From NCBI GenBank assembly GCA_030867685.1, contig JAQOWU010000007.1:1054001-1118000 (forward strand): DNA of 64,000 nt. The letters run 5' to 3'. The position numbers were made by a program, and so were the translations under genes. This stretch comes from Wickerhamiella versatilis (Eukaryota). This document shows, one piece after another, positions 40,291 to 51,600 of this stretch (positions are counted from its first letter, which is position 1; each line of letters begins with the position of its first letter). A model generated the notes under the pieces. That model made no database searches and was not told where the DNA came from. It saw only the letters and a program-made list of their open reading frames with translations.

Positions 40291-41301
40291 ATGAATAAAC
40301 AGAAAATGATGTTTGCTATGAGACTTCCTAGGATACACAGTCTACTTGAACCCGTACATGTGCCAGAGCCAGAACCGGGTCCTAATGAGGTTCGAATTAA
40401 GGTCAATGCCTGTGGAATATGTCGTACAGATCTTCATGTTGTCGATGGTGAGCTCGCACCGTCTACCAGGCAATTATCCCCTGTGATTCCGGGCCATCAA
40501 ATCGTTGGCAGGGTGGATAAATTAGGAACCGGTGTTACCGAATTATCTCTAGGTCAAAGAGTGGGGGTACCCTGGCTTGGAAGCACCTGTGGACATTGCT
40601 TTTTCTGCGAGCATCAGCAGGAAAATCTGTGCGATAAACCTGTTTTCACAGGATGTACTCGTGATGGTGGATACGCAGAGAAAGCAGTTGCAGACGTACA
40701 TTACACCTTTCCTCTCGGGGATGGTGGAGATGATGTTAAAATAGCTCCTTTACTTTGTGCTGGATTGATTGGCTGGAGGTCACTGAAGAAAGCAGGTGAT
40801 GCCCAGAAAATCGGGTTTTACGGGTTTGGTTCCGCGGCTCATATTCTTGCTCAAGTTCTGCGACATCAAGGCCGTGAGGTTTTTGCTTTTACTAGGGCGG
40901 GCGACCTTGAAACGCAAAAATTTGCCAGGTCTTTAGGAGCAAAATGGGCCGGTGGCTCTGATGAATTGCCCCCGGAGCTTCTTGATGCAGCTATTATTTT
41001 TGCTCCAGTAGGGCCTCTACTACCTGCTTCCTTAAAGGCTGTGCGTAAAGGTGGGCGGGTCGTTTGTGCTGGTATTCATATGAGCCAGATCCCAGCTTTC
41101 TCCTATGATGATCTTTGGGAAGAGAGGGAGATTCTCAGTGTTGCAAATCTAACTCGGGAGGATGGCATTGAGTTTCTGTCATTGGCACCTAAGATTGGCA
41201 TTGAGACAGAAACTTCGGTTTACAAACTACGTGACGCAAATCAAGCTCTTGACGATTTGCGCAATGGCCGCTTCACAGGTTCTGCCGTGGTTGTTCCATA
41301 A
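40291..41301 (+). CDS. Zinc-binding alcohol dehydrogenase, bacterial type (MDR family)
   Basis: 'ACGICRTDLHVVDGEL', 'IPGHQIVG', structural Zn 'CGHCFFC..ENLC', 'APLLCAGLIGWRSL', 'GFYGFGSAAH', 'DAAIIFAPVG', 'VCAGIHMS.IP.FSY..LWEER...SVANLTR.DG.EFL'; start could also be 40306 or 40309. Confidence 0.93.
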   Translation: MNKQKMMFAMRLPRIHSLLEPVHVPEPEPGPNEVRIKVNACGICRTDLHVVDGELAPSTRQLSPVIPGHQIVGRVDKLGTGVTELSLGQRVGVPWLGSTCGHCFFCEHQQENLCDKPVFTGCTRDGGYAEKAVADVHYTFPLGDGGDDVKIAPLLCAGLIGWRSLKKAGDAQKIGFYGFGSAAHILAQVLRHQGREVFAFTRAGDLETQKFARSLGAKWAGGSDELPPELLDAAIIFAPVGPLLPASLKAVRKGGRVVCAGIHMSQIPAFSYDDLWEEREILSVANLTREDGIEFLSLAPKIGIETETSVYKLRDANQALDDLRNGRFTGSAVVVP

Positions 41302-41453
41302 ATAACTCTCTCTTGATGTTTTTAGCGAGCAGCCAAGTGATCAGCTGTGTATCATCTTGAAGGTATATATACTTGACTAGTGACTTGACAGAATACCCTG
41401 TACAAGAAGGTATGTATATGTACATGTTTTAACAAAAATATAATTGTGAAAAG

Positions 41454-41690
41454 CTAGAGTTCTCCCTCTTTGATTTTTTTCCAGCGCTCCTCTTGACGTC
41501 GCTGTTTTGCCAGTGAAGCCTCCGCATGTTTTCTGCGATCAGCCATACGGGCTTCGTGGCGACATAGACGAACCTGCTTTTCGAGGTCAAAGCATTCACC
41601 GTTAATTCGGGCAAAAAACCCACTTTGTTGACAGTCGTCGAGTGCACGAATAAGCTCCGCACACTCGGTGACGGCCACTCGATTTGACAT
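41454..41690 (-). CDS. CMC2: Twin-Cx9C mitochondrial COX assembly factor
   Basis: C-x9-C...C-x9-C spacing 'ECAELIRALDDC..GECFDLEKQVRLC' and 'EERWKKIKE' tail as in Cmc2. Confidence 0.8.
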   Translation of the reverse strand: MSNRVAVTECAELIRALDDCQQSGFFARINGECFDLEKQVRLCRHEARMADRRKHAEASLAKQRRQEERWKKIKEGEL

Positions 41691-41748
41691 ATCCGCCACT
41701 TATTAATCCTCAATAGTGGGTGCTGGTCATAGTGAATACTGGAGCCTG

Positions 41749-42123
41749 ATGGTTGAACAGCGTCAAGTTATACAGGCCAGTGCTGTATGGGTTAGTGGGT
41801 TGATGGCTATTGGTGCAGCTCTAGTAGCTCGGAAGAGTGTAGCCGCCCGCAGGTATGTCCCAAATTTATTCAATCCAAACCATATTCCGCCAAAAATCAA
41901 TTTTGTTCGCGATGGAGTACGAGCGGTTGCTGATGCATCATTGCTGTCTACCTCTGCATTTGGATTTATGGTAGCGAGCTATGCTTGGATCCACGATCTG
42001 TCATCTTTGAAAGAATTTGGAGATTACATGCGCCAAAAATATCCACAGTCGGCAGTCGACGAGACAAATACAGAAACAAGTGAAATCGAAAAAAGCCTGC
42101 TTAGTTGGATCGGTAAAAATTAG
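41749..42123 (+). CDS. AIM11: Mitochondrial membrane protein Aim11-like
   Basis: Two TM segments flanking 'RRYVPNLFNPNHIPP', then 'W..DLSSLKEF...M'. Confidence 0.75.
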   Translation: MVEQRQVIQASAVWVSGLMAIGAALVARKSVAARRYVPNLFNPNHIPPKINFVRDGVRAVADASLLSTSAFGFMVASYAWIHDLSSLKEFGDYMRQKYPQSAVDETNTETSEIEKSLLSWIGKN

Positions 42124-42668
42124 CATCTTCAAGTGAGATCTCATGCCGTGGGAAACCTTAGACTGGGATAACGTGAGCTGTTCAGATAGGAACAATAATA
42201 AAAAAATACACATACATCTAATTATTTTGCTCCATTGCTGTAGTAGCTTACATACAGCTTTCCGTGTGTGTATTGGGAAGCATTATCCCGATGCCGACTG
42301 AAGCTGGTTGTCAAACCATTTTAAGGTTCGGTCTAGGGTTTCGATGTGCGGGACCAAAAATAAGGGACGTCCGCTTTCCTAGAATTTACGGACAATTATC
42401 ATACAGAGCGGTCTCTAATATCTAATAACTCAAAAAAAATATATATCGAAGAATGCTCCTGGCAATTCTGTGATAACAGCGCTAAAGTGCTGGTAAGAGC
42501 TTGGGTATCTGTGACCCTGTAATACATTTGTGCATAGTAAAAAATAACGATACGCATACGTACTGTCTGCGCTTAATGTCATGGAGATGACCAGGAGGGT
42601 ATATTAAGTCTGAGCTGCCCATTATTGTGCATCACATGATGCAATTTCATTTGTCGGGATCATCCTCG

Positions 42669-45600
42669 ATGTTCCGACTCGTCACTCTTTGGTTATTTGC
42701 AGCACAGTTACCTGGTGCTCACGCCTGGTTTTGGTGTTGGGCTAATGGTAACTGGGGAGGACACTGTCAAGATGCCAGTTGCAATCAAGAATGTAATGGC
42801 TGCTGCATCACAGTAGACCACTCCTTCGAATATCGCCTCAAGAAAATATTCAAGAAACAGTACCACGCTAGTTGGGTTGTTTCTATGACGCAATGCCCAG
42901 AGACGGCATTGCTCACGGCAGTTCTGCCAAACTTTCAAACTTCGGTTATCACTACATCCCTTGATGCTACCTGTTGCGAAAATTCAACCCCACAAACGCA
43001 GACTCAAGGAAATCAAGTAGTCGAGAATACCATAGTACAGCAAGTTCCAGTTACCGTCACGCAGCAGGGTGTTACTGTCACTCAACCAGCCCAGACTATC
43101 ACCCAACAAGGAAGTACTATCACCCAGCCTGCACAAACAGTTACAGTTACAGGTCCTGGATCTACAATAGTGAATTCTCAGGTGGTTACTGAGCAAGGCC
43201 CAGGAACTACAGTAACACAACCTGGTAGTACGATCACACAGCCAGCATCTCAGACAACAGTATACGTTTCTCAGACTGTTACACAACCTGCAGCTCAACC
43301 AGATACAATTACTGTAACTCAACCAGGGCAAAATAGCCCTGCTGATACTGTTACGGTTACTCAACCGGGCTCAGCGGCAAGCCCATCTACTGTGACAATC
43401 ACAGCCCCGGGGTCGAATAGCCCCGCTGAAACGGTCACAGTAACTCAACCGGGCTCAGGAGCAAACCCATCTACTGTAACAGTCACAGCTCCGGGTTCGA
43501 ATGGCCCAGCTGAAACGGTCACAGTAACTCAACCAGGTTCAGGAGCAAATCCATCTACTGTGACAGTCACAGCTCCGGGTTCGAATAGCCCTGCTGAAAC
43601 GGTCACAGTAACTCAACCAGGCTCTGGAGCAAATCCATCTACTGTGACAGTCACAGCTCCAGGTTCGAATAGCCCAGCTGGAACGGTAACTGTTACTCAA
43701 CCAGGTTCAGGAGCAAACCCATCTACTGTGACAGTCACAGCTCCGGGTTCGAATGGCCCCACTGAAACTGTTACGGTTACTCAACCGGGCTCAGCGGCAA
43801 ATCCATCTACTGTGACAGTCACAGCTCCAGGTTCGAATAGTCCAGCTGAAACGGTCACGGTTACTCAACCAGGTTCAGGAGCAAATCCATCTACTGTCAC
43901 AGTCACAGCTCCGGGTTCGAATGGTCCCACCGAAACTGTTACGGTTACTCAACCAGGTTCAGGAGCAAACCCATCTACTGTCACAGTCACAGCTCCGGGT
44001 TCGAATGGCCCCACCGAAACTGTTACGGTTACTCAACCAGGTTCAGGAGCAAACCCATCTACTGTGACAGTCACAGCTCCAGGCTCGAATGGCCCAGCTG
44101 GAACGGTCACGGTTACTCAACCAGGTTCAGGAGCAAGCCCATCTACTGTGACAGTCACAGCTCCCGGTTCGAGTGGCCCCACTGAAACGGTCACGGTTAC
44201 TCAACCGGGCTCAGCGGCAAATCCATCTACTGTGACAGTCACAGCTCCGGGTTCGAATGGCCCCACTGCTACAGTTACAGTAACGCAACCTGGAGATACA
44301 GGAGGTGGCGGCACTTCTACGTTAACTGTCACGCAGCCTCAAAGTAGTTGCGGCGCACCGAGTACAGTAACGGTAACGTCTAATAGTGCTTTTTTATCGT
44401 CAACTGAGCTGGCTACTACACCTAGTGGCACCACCCCTACTGGTCTCACGAGTAGTAGCACCGGCTCTCCTTCTGTGTCTGTGCCGAGCGTGTGCATTTC
44501 GAATCTGCCTCAGGGTACCTCGATGTTTGGTTCGCCTGCTCAATGTGCATCATTCTGTAGTGAAGCTCAGCAGGCTTTTGAATCCTGCTCTAGTACTTCA
44601 AGTGTGAGTGGAAGCAGCTCACGGTCATGTATCTGCGATCTTACTACAAATTCCCAAGTTCAGCAGTGCTTTATATGCCGAGACTTTTATATTGATTCAC
44701 AAGTGGCTGGAGCTCCTTCGGGTACACCAGTGAGTGCTCTTCCTAGCGCTATCACTCAGGTCGCAACATTGTACTCGCAGCTCGTGTCTTCTTGTACCTC
44801 GTACTCATCATCCACGATATCGCTTTGCTTAAGCTCACCAGCCTCTTTGCCTTCTTCATTGACGACACAGCCATCTAGTTTGCAATCTCCTGGACCGTCT
44901 AGTGCTACCTCCCCATCCGCAGCTGAAACTTCTTCAGCCGTGCCTAGTTTGAGTGTTGTAACATCGAGACAAACATCGCTGCCAAATTCTGGCACTTCAA
45001 GCCAGCGAATTCCAAGTTCTTTGGTTTCACGCGCTTCAGAGACAAGCTCTCCTACACAGGAGAGCTTATCCACATCACCTGAAGGGTCTTTGACGACTAG
45101 CGCGCCAGAATCAACATTCTCTCAAACTGCTACGAACTCACTTTCGAGTCATCTTACTTACTCTAGTATTTCAAGTGTTGGAAGTGTTGAAACGAACAGT
45201 CAGGGCTTTACTTCATCAGCTGCTAATGGGTATACGAGCATTTTTAACTCGGCTAGTGTCTCTGTGAGTTCGTCAGGTCCATCAATAAATACTTCCGGAA
45301 TGTCTCCAGGGACTTATACCACTGAACTCACTGTTACAGTGACGTCCGTATCTGCGGGGACCACGTTATACTCGACAGTCCAGGGTACAACTCGTCCGGG
45401 TACCACGTTGTATTCGACATTGCCAATGTCCGTACTACCACCAGTAACATCTACTCGAGTTACAACGATAACTACAACATTCACAGTATCTGCTGGCTCG
45501 AGTGTACCAAGCTCAGGTATCCCTGTGTCTACTGTACCAGCCTCGAGCACCCAAGTGTCGAGCGGACCATATTCGAGCGGACCATATTCGAGCGGACCAT

Positions 45601-48600
45601 ATTCGAGCGGACCATATTCGAGCGGACCAGCTTCTAGCACCCCAGAGTCTACTGGACCGGCTTCTAGCGCCCCGGAGTCAAGCGGGTCGTATTCGAGCGG
45701 ACCAGCTTCAGGCACCCCGGAGTCGAGCGGACCAACTTCTAGCGCCCCGGAGTCGAGCGGACCAGCTTCAGGCACCCCGGAGTCGAGCGGACCAACTTCT
45801 AGCGCCCCGGAGTCAAGCGGAACATATTCGAGTGGACCAGTTTCAGGCACCGAAATATCTACTAGTCCTGCTACAGGGTGTATTACAGATATTCCTCAAG
45901 GCAGCAGTACTTTTGGAAGCGTCTCACAGTGTGGAACAGTATGCGGGTTTATCTTTTCAGAGTATTCTAATTGTAGAGGAAATGCGAACTGTATATGTGG
46001 TCTTACTTCGAGAATCAATCAATGTGCGGCTTGTCAAGCATTTTACTCGTATTCTGAAGTGAGCTCAAGTCTAGGTGGTGTGGCAGTACCTGCCATCACT
46101 GAAGTTGCAACGGTAATATCTGCCTTACAAGCTACATGCTCCTACACTCCAACACCGATTTCATTGTGTCTAGGTGGAAGTAACACAGGAGGTGTCTCCA
46201 CATACACGCCCACTGTAACAGTTATGCCAACAACGACACTCCCAGGTTCTACAAACACGGTACAAAACCCTGATAGCACTATTCAAGCATCAGCATCAAC
46301 AGAAAGTGTTCCTGGAGCAGATTCTACAATTGTAGGCACTACAGGTACTTTTACACTTCCAGAATCAACTATGACTGTAAATGGGTCTGTGGTCACGCTC
46401 ACAGGTCCCCTTTCTTCAGTGGTATCAACGATACCAATCTCAGTCACCGCGTCCAATATGGCAACTGTAAGTACACCGGTGCAGAGTAGTAGTCCTATCG
46501 GTCAGTCAACAGGTAGTTCAAAGACTTCACAGACACAGGCTATATCTTCTGTTGGTTCTAGTAATGTTTCAAGTGTCCCTACTACAGTTCCCTCTTCGGG
46601 TACAGTTTCAAGTTCGTCTTCAGTAAACCAGTCAGCTACGAATGGACAAACATCTGAAGAATCCTCACCAGAGTCAGTTTCTTCCTCTCTGACGAGTATC
46701 AGCAACCCGTCTCTCAATTACTATACTTCTACAATCGTATCTACGCTGATTTCTACGATTCCTGGTTCTGTGATTCAAGGATCTACAATCCCTGGGTCTA
46801 CCAGTGGTGGATACACTATTCCAGCATCGACTATTCCAGCATCCACTGTGGCAGGCTCTACTACTACAGTGCTATCTACTGTTACTACTAGGCTGCAGAG
46901 CTCACCATCACCGTCATCTCAGGGAGTTTCTAGCTCAAATTCCTCGCCAAATGCTGTTACGACTACAGACACGGCAGTTACTTCGTTGGTTACTTCTTTC
47001 CCACAGCAGATATCTTCAGAAGCGAGTGCACCAGAAAGCACGTCGGAGTCTCCAGCTAATAGCCCACCCATCAGTTACTTCACTTCTACAATTCTTTCTA
47101 CTCTATTTTCTACACTGCCTGGGTCTGTAGTTCAAGGATCAACTATTCCTGAGTCTACCAGTGGAGGATATACTATTCCAGCGTCGGTAATACCGGCCCA
47201 GACGGTGGCAGGAGGTACGACTACGATCCTATTGACTGTAACAACGTCACTTCAGAACTCGCCATCACAGGTAACAGAAGAAAACCCCAGCCAAACTACC
47301 ACATCTGGTACGAGTAGCGTGAATAGCGATGTGGAAAGCTCTATACCACTGAATACTATTACATCTACTGTTCCAGGTACCACAGTGGAACAATCAACGT
47401 TGGAAACCGGGGGGTCTACGGAAGTAATCTCTGGTACTACACGTGACCCCACTGTTGAGACAATTCTGTCAACAGTTTATCGCACGATATCCAGACAAGA
47501 TATATCTACGGACGTGTCTGTATCCTCTCAAGTTGATGGTGACACAACTAGGTACATTACTATGGTTCGAACCATAACACAAGGTAATGATCCTAATGAG
47601 CAAAATACTGCCACAGCAGTGGTACCGACCAGCACAGGCACCAGTACTAGACCTAATTCCGGTGACGGTGCTGCTGGAGGATCGGGATCCGGAGGTGGAT
47701 CAGGAGAAGCGACCGCCGGTGGTAACAATGCCTCTGCAGGAGGATCTGGCTCTGGAAATGGATCAGGAGAAGCGACCGCCGGTGGTAACAATGCCTCTGC
47801 AGGAGGATCTGGCTCTGGAAATGGATCAGGAGAAGCGACCGCCGGTGGTAACAATGCCTCTACAGGAGGATCTGGCTCTGGAAATGGAGCTAATGATCCT
47901 AATGGGCAAAATACTGCCACAGTAGTGGTACCGACCAGCACAGGCACCAGTACTAGACCTAATTCCGGTGACGGTGCTGCTGGAGGATCGGGATCCGGAG
48001 GTGGATCAGGAGAAGCGACAGCTGGTGGTAACAATGCCTCTGCCGGAGGATCTGGCTCTGGAAATGGATCAGGAGAAGCGACAGCTGGTGGTAACAATGC
48101 CTCTGCCGGAGGATCTGGCTCTGGAAATGGATCAGGAGAAGCGACAGCTGGTGGTAACAATGCCTCTGCAGGAGGATCTGGTTCTGGAAGTGGATCAGGA
48201 GAAGCGACGGCTGGTGGTAACAATGCCTCTGCAGGAGGATCTGGTTCTGGAAGTGGATCAGGACAAGCGACGGCTGGTGGTAACAATGCCTCTGCAGGAG
48301 GATCCGGCTCCGGAAATGGATCAGGAGAAGCGACCGCCGGTGGTAACAATGCCTCTGCCGGAGGATCTGGCTCTGGAAATGGATCAGGACAAGCGACCGC
48401 CGGTGGCAACAATGCCTCTGCCGGAGGATCTGGCTCTGGAAATGGATCAGGAGAAGCGACCGCCGGTGGCAACAATGCCTCTGCCGGAGGATCTGGCTCT
48501 GGAAATGGATCAGGAGAAGCGACCGCCGGTGGTAACAATGCCTCTGCAGGAGGATCTGGTTCTGGAAGTGGATCAGGAGAAGCGACGGCTGGTGGTAACA

Positions 48601-51600
48601 ATGCCTCTGCAGGAGGATCCGGATCTGGAAATGGATCAGGAGAAGCGAACGCCGGTGGCAACAGTGTATCTGCGGGAGCTTCAAGCCCTGAAAGTAGGCC
48701 AGCAGTCACTCCCGGAGTTTATACTTCTACTTACTATTCTACGAGGCTCTCAACCATTCCAGGATCGACGATTTCAGCTTCTGTTATCCCAGGAACGACT
48801 ATTGCAGGGTACAATGTACCAGGAACAACTATTCCAGGTTCCACACAAAGTGGGACCACATCATTAATGGTGGTCACAGTTACGGAGGTACTATCTACAA
48901 CACCCTCTGGATATGTGACTCTTAATTCGGGACAGGGAACTGAGAGCGCATCGTCAGTGCCAACTAGCGAAACGCTAGAGACCAATAGACCCACTACAGG
49001 TGAATCCTTCGCTCCTTCTGTTACCATGCCGGTAACGGCGTCTCTTCCAGTTAATACATCAGGTGAGGCCCCAGGAACATACACGACTACGATATTGACA
49101 ACAGTAACAGAGACACAGAGCCCAAGTACTATATTTACCACACTATCTGGTAGTCCTGTAGCTACTGGTTCACCGATATCAACGATTCAGGCGTCAACAG
49201 TGACAAATGTGCGTACGGTGACGATTGTTTATACAGTTGGATCTGAGACTGAAGCATCACCTACCGGAGCAGGAGCTTCTGCCTTTGCATCTGCATCTGC
49301 ATCTGCCTCTGCCTCTGCGGGCGCCTCAGCGCAGGCGTCTGTGTCTGTCCCCAGTCAAAATTCTCAACCTAATGGATCAGGGTCGGAAGGACCTGGTAAT
49401 TCCCGAGGCAATAGTCCTATTACTAGCACAATAACGACAACATTGCTTTCAACGCTTCCAGGATCTACAATTCCAGGATCTACAATTCCTGAGAGTACGA
49501 TTAATGGTAGAACAGTTCCAGGAAGTACTATCCCTGCGTCGACAGTTCCAGGGCAGACTAGTACATTAATCACTACTCTTACGACAGTGATAAGTGGTCC
49601 TGAATCGCCTTCTTCAAATGCGCCAGAATCGGCAGGGCCTAGTGGACCTAATGGACTTAGCGGCAGCATAACTGGTAACAGTCCTGTAACCAGTTTCATT
49701 GTCTCCACAATGACTAGTACAGGACCAGGGTCTACGATACCAGGGTCTACGATCCCGGAGAGTACGGTTAATGGCCAGACGATTCCAGGGAGTACGATTC
49801 CAGCCTCTACAGTTCCAGGAGGAGCTAGTACGTTTGTTAGTACTCTTACGACCGTCATCACTAGTCCTGAATCACATTCTTCTAATGTACCAAGTACGAT
49901 GGGGCCTCAAGTTTCAGAGTCTACTGGACCCAATGCACCGAGCTCGATAGGGCCTAATGGACCTAGCGGACCTAGTGGGTCAGAATTGACGGGACCCAAC
50001 AGCTCACAGACTAACGTTCCTGTTACTAGCACCATTGCCACTACACTGACTACATCAGGACCGGGCTCTACGATCCCAGGTTCCACGATCCCGGAGAGTA
50101 CGGTTAATGGTCAGACGATTCCAGGGAGTACCATTCCTGCCTCTACAGTTCCAGGAGGACTCAGAACATTCGTGAGTACTCTTACGACAGTAATCACAAG
50201 TCCTGAATCACCTGCTTCGAATGTACCAGGGTCGACAGGACCTAATGGACCTAGTGGGTCAGAATCAACAGGACCAAATAGCCCACAGAGTGGCAGTCCT
50301 ATCACTAGTACGATAGTTACAACACTCACTACATCAGGACCAGGTTCTACGATCCCAGGTTCTACGATACCGGAGAGCACGGTTAATGGTCAGACTGTTC
50401 CAGGGAGTACCATTCCTGCCTCTACGATTCCAGGAGGTGTTACTACATTTGTTAGTACTCTCACGACAGTCATCACAAGTCCTGAATCACCTTCTTCCAA
50501 TGCGCTAGGGTCAACAGGACCTAATGGACCCAGTAGGTCAGAATCAACAGGACCAAATAGTCCACAGAGCGGCAGGCCCATCACTAGCACTATTGCTACG
50601 ACACTCACCACATCGGGACCAGGTTCTACGATCCCAGGTTCTACGATCCCGGAGAGTACGGTCAATGGTCAGACTGTTCCAGGGAGTACCATTCCTGCCT
50701 CTACAGTTCCAGGAGGACTCAGAACATTCGTAAGTACATTCACAACAGTAATTACAAGCCCTGAATCGCCTGCTTCGAATGTACCAGGGTCAACAGGACC
50801 TAATGGACCTAGTGGGTCAGAATCAACGGGGCCTAACTCACCAAGCTCTGCAAGACCTAGTGGTTTAGAATCAACAGGACCAAATAGCCCACAGAGCGGC
50901 AGTCCTATCACTAGTACGATTGTTACAACACTCACTACATCAGGACCAGGTTCTACGATCCCAGGTTCTACGATCCCGGAGAGCACGATTAATGGTCAGA
51001 CTGTTCCAGGGAGTACCATTCCTGCTTCTACAGTTCCAGGAGGACTCAGAACATTCGTGAGTACTCTTACGACAGTAATCACAAGCCCTGAATCGCCTGC
51101 TTCGAATGTACCAGGGTCAACAGGACCTAATGGACCTAGGGGGTCAGAATCAACAGGACCAAATAGCCCACAGAGCGGCAGTCCTATCACTAGTACGATT
51201 GTTACAACACTCACTACATCAGGACCAGGTTCTACGATCCCAGGTTCTACGATCCCGGAGAGCACGATTAATGGTCAGACTGTTCCAGGGAGTACCATTC
51301 CTGCTTCTACAGTTCCAGGAGGACTCAGAACATTCGTGAGTACTCTTACGACAGTAATCACAAGCCCTGAATCGCCTGCTTCGAATGTACCAGGGTCAAC
51401 AGGACCTAATGGACCTAGGGGGTCAGAATCAACAGGACCAAATAGCCCACAGAGCGGCAGTCCTATCACTAGTACGATTGTTACAACACTCACTACATCA
51501 GGACCAGGTTCTACGATCCCAGGTTCTACGATCCCGGAGAGCACGATTAATGGTCAGACTGTTCCAGGGAGTACCATTCCTGCTTCTACAGTTCCAGGAG

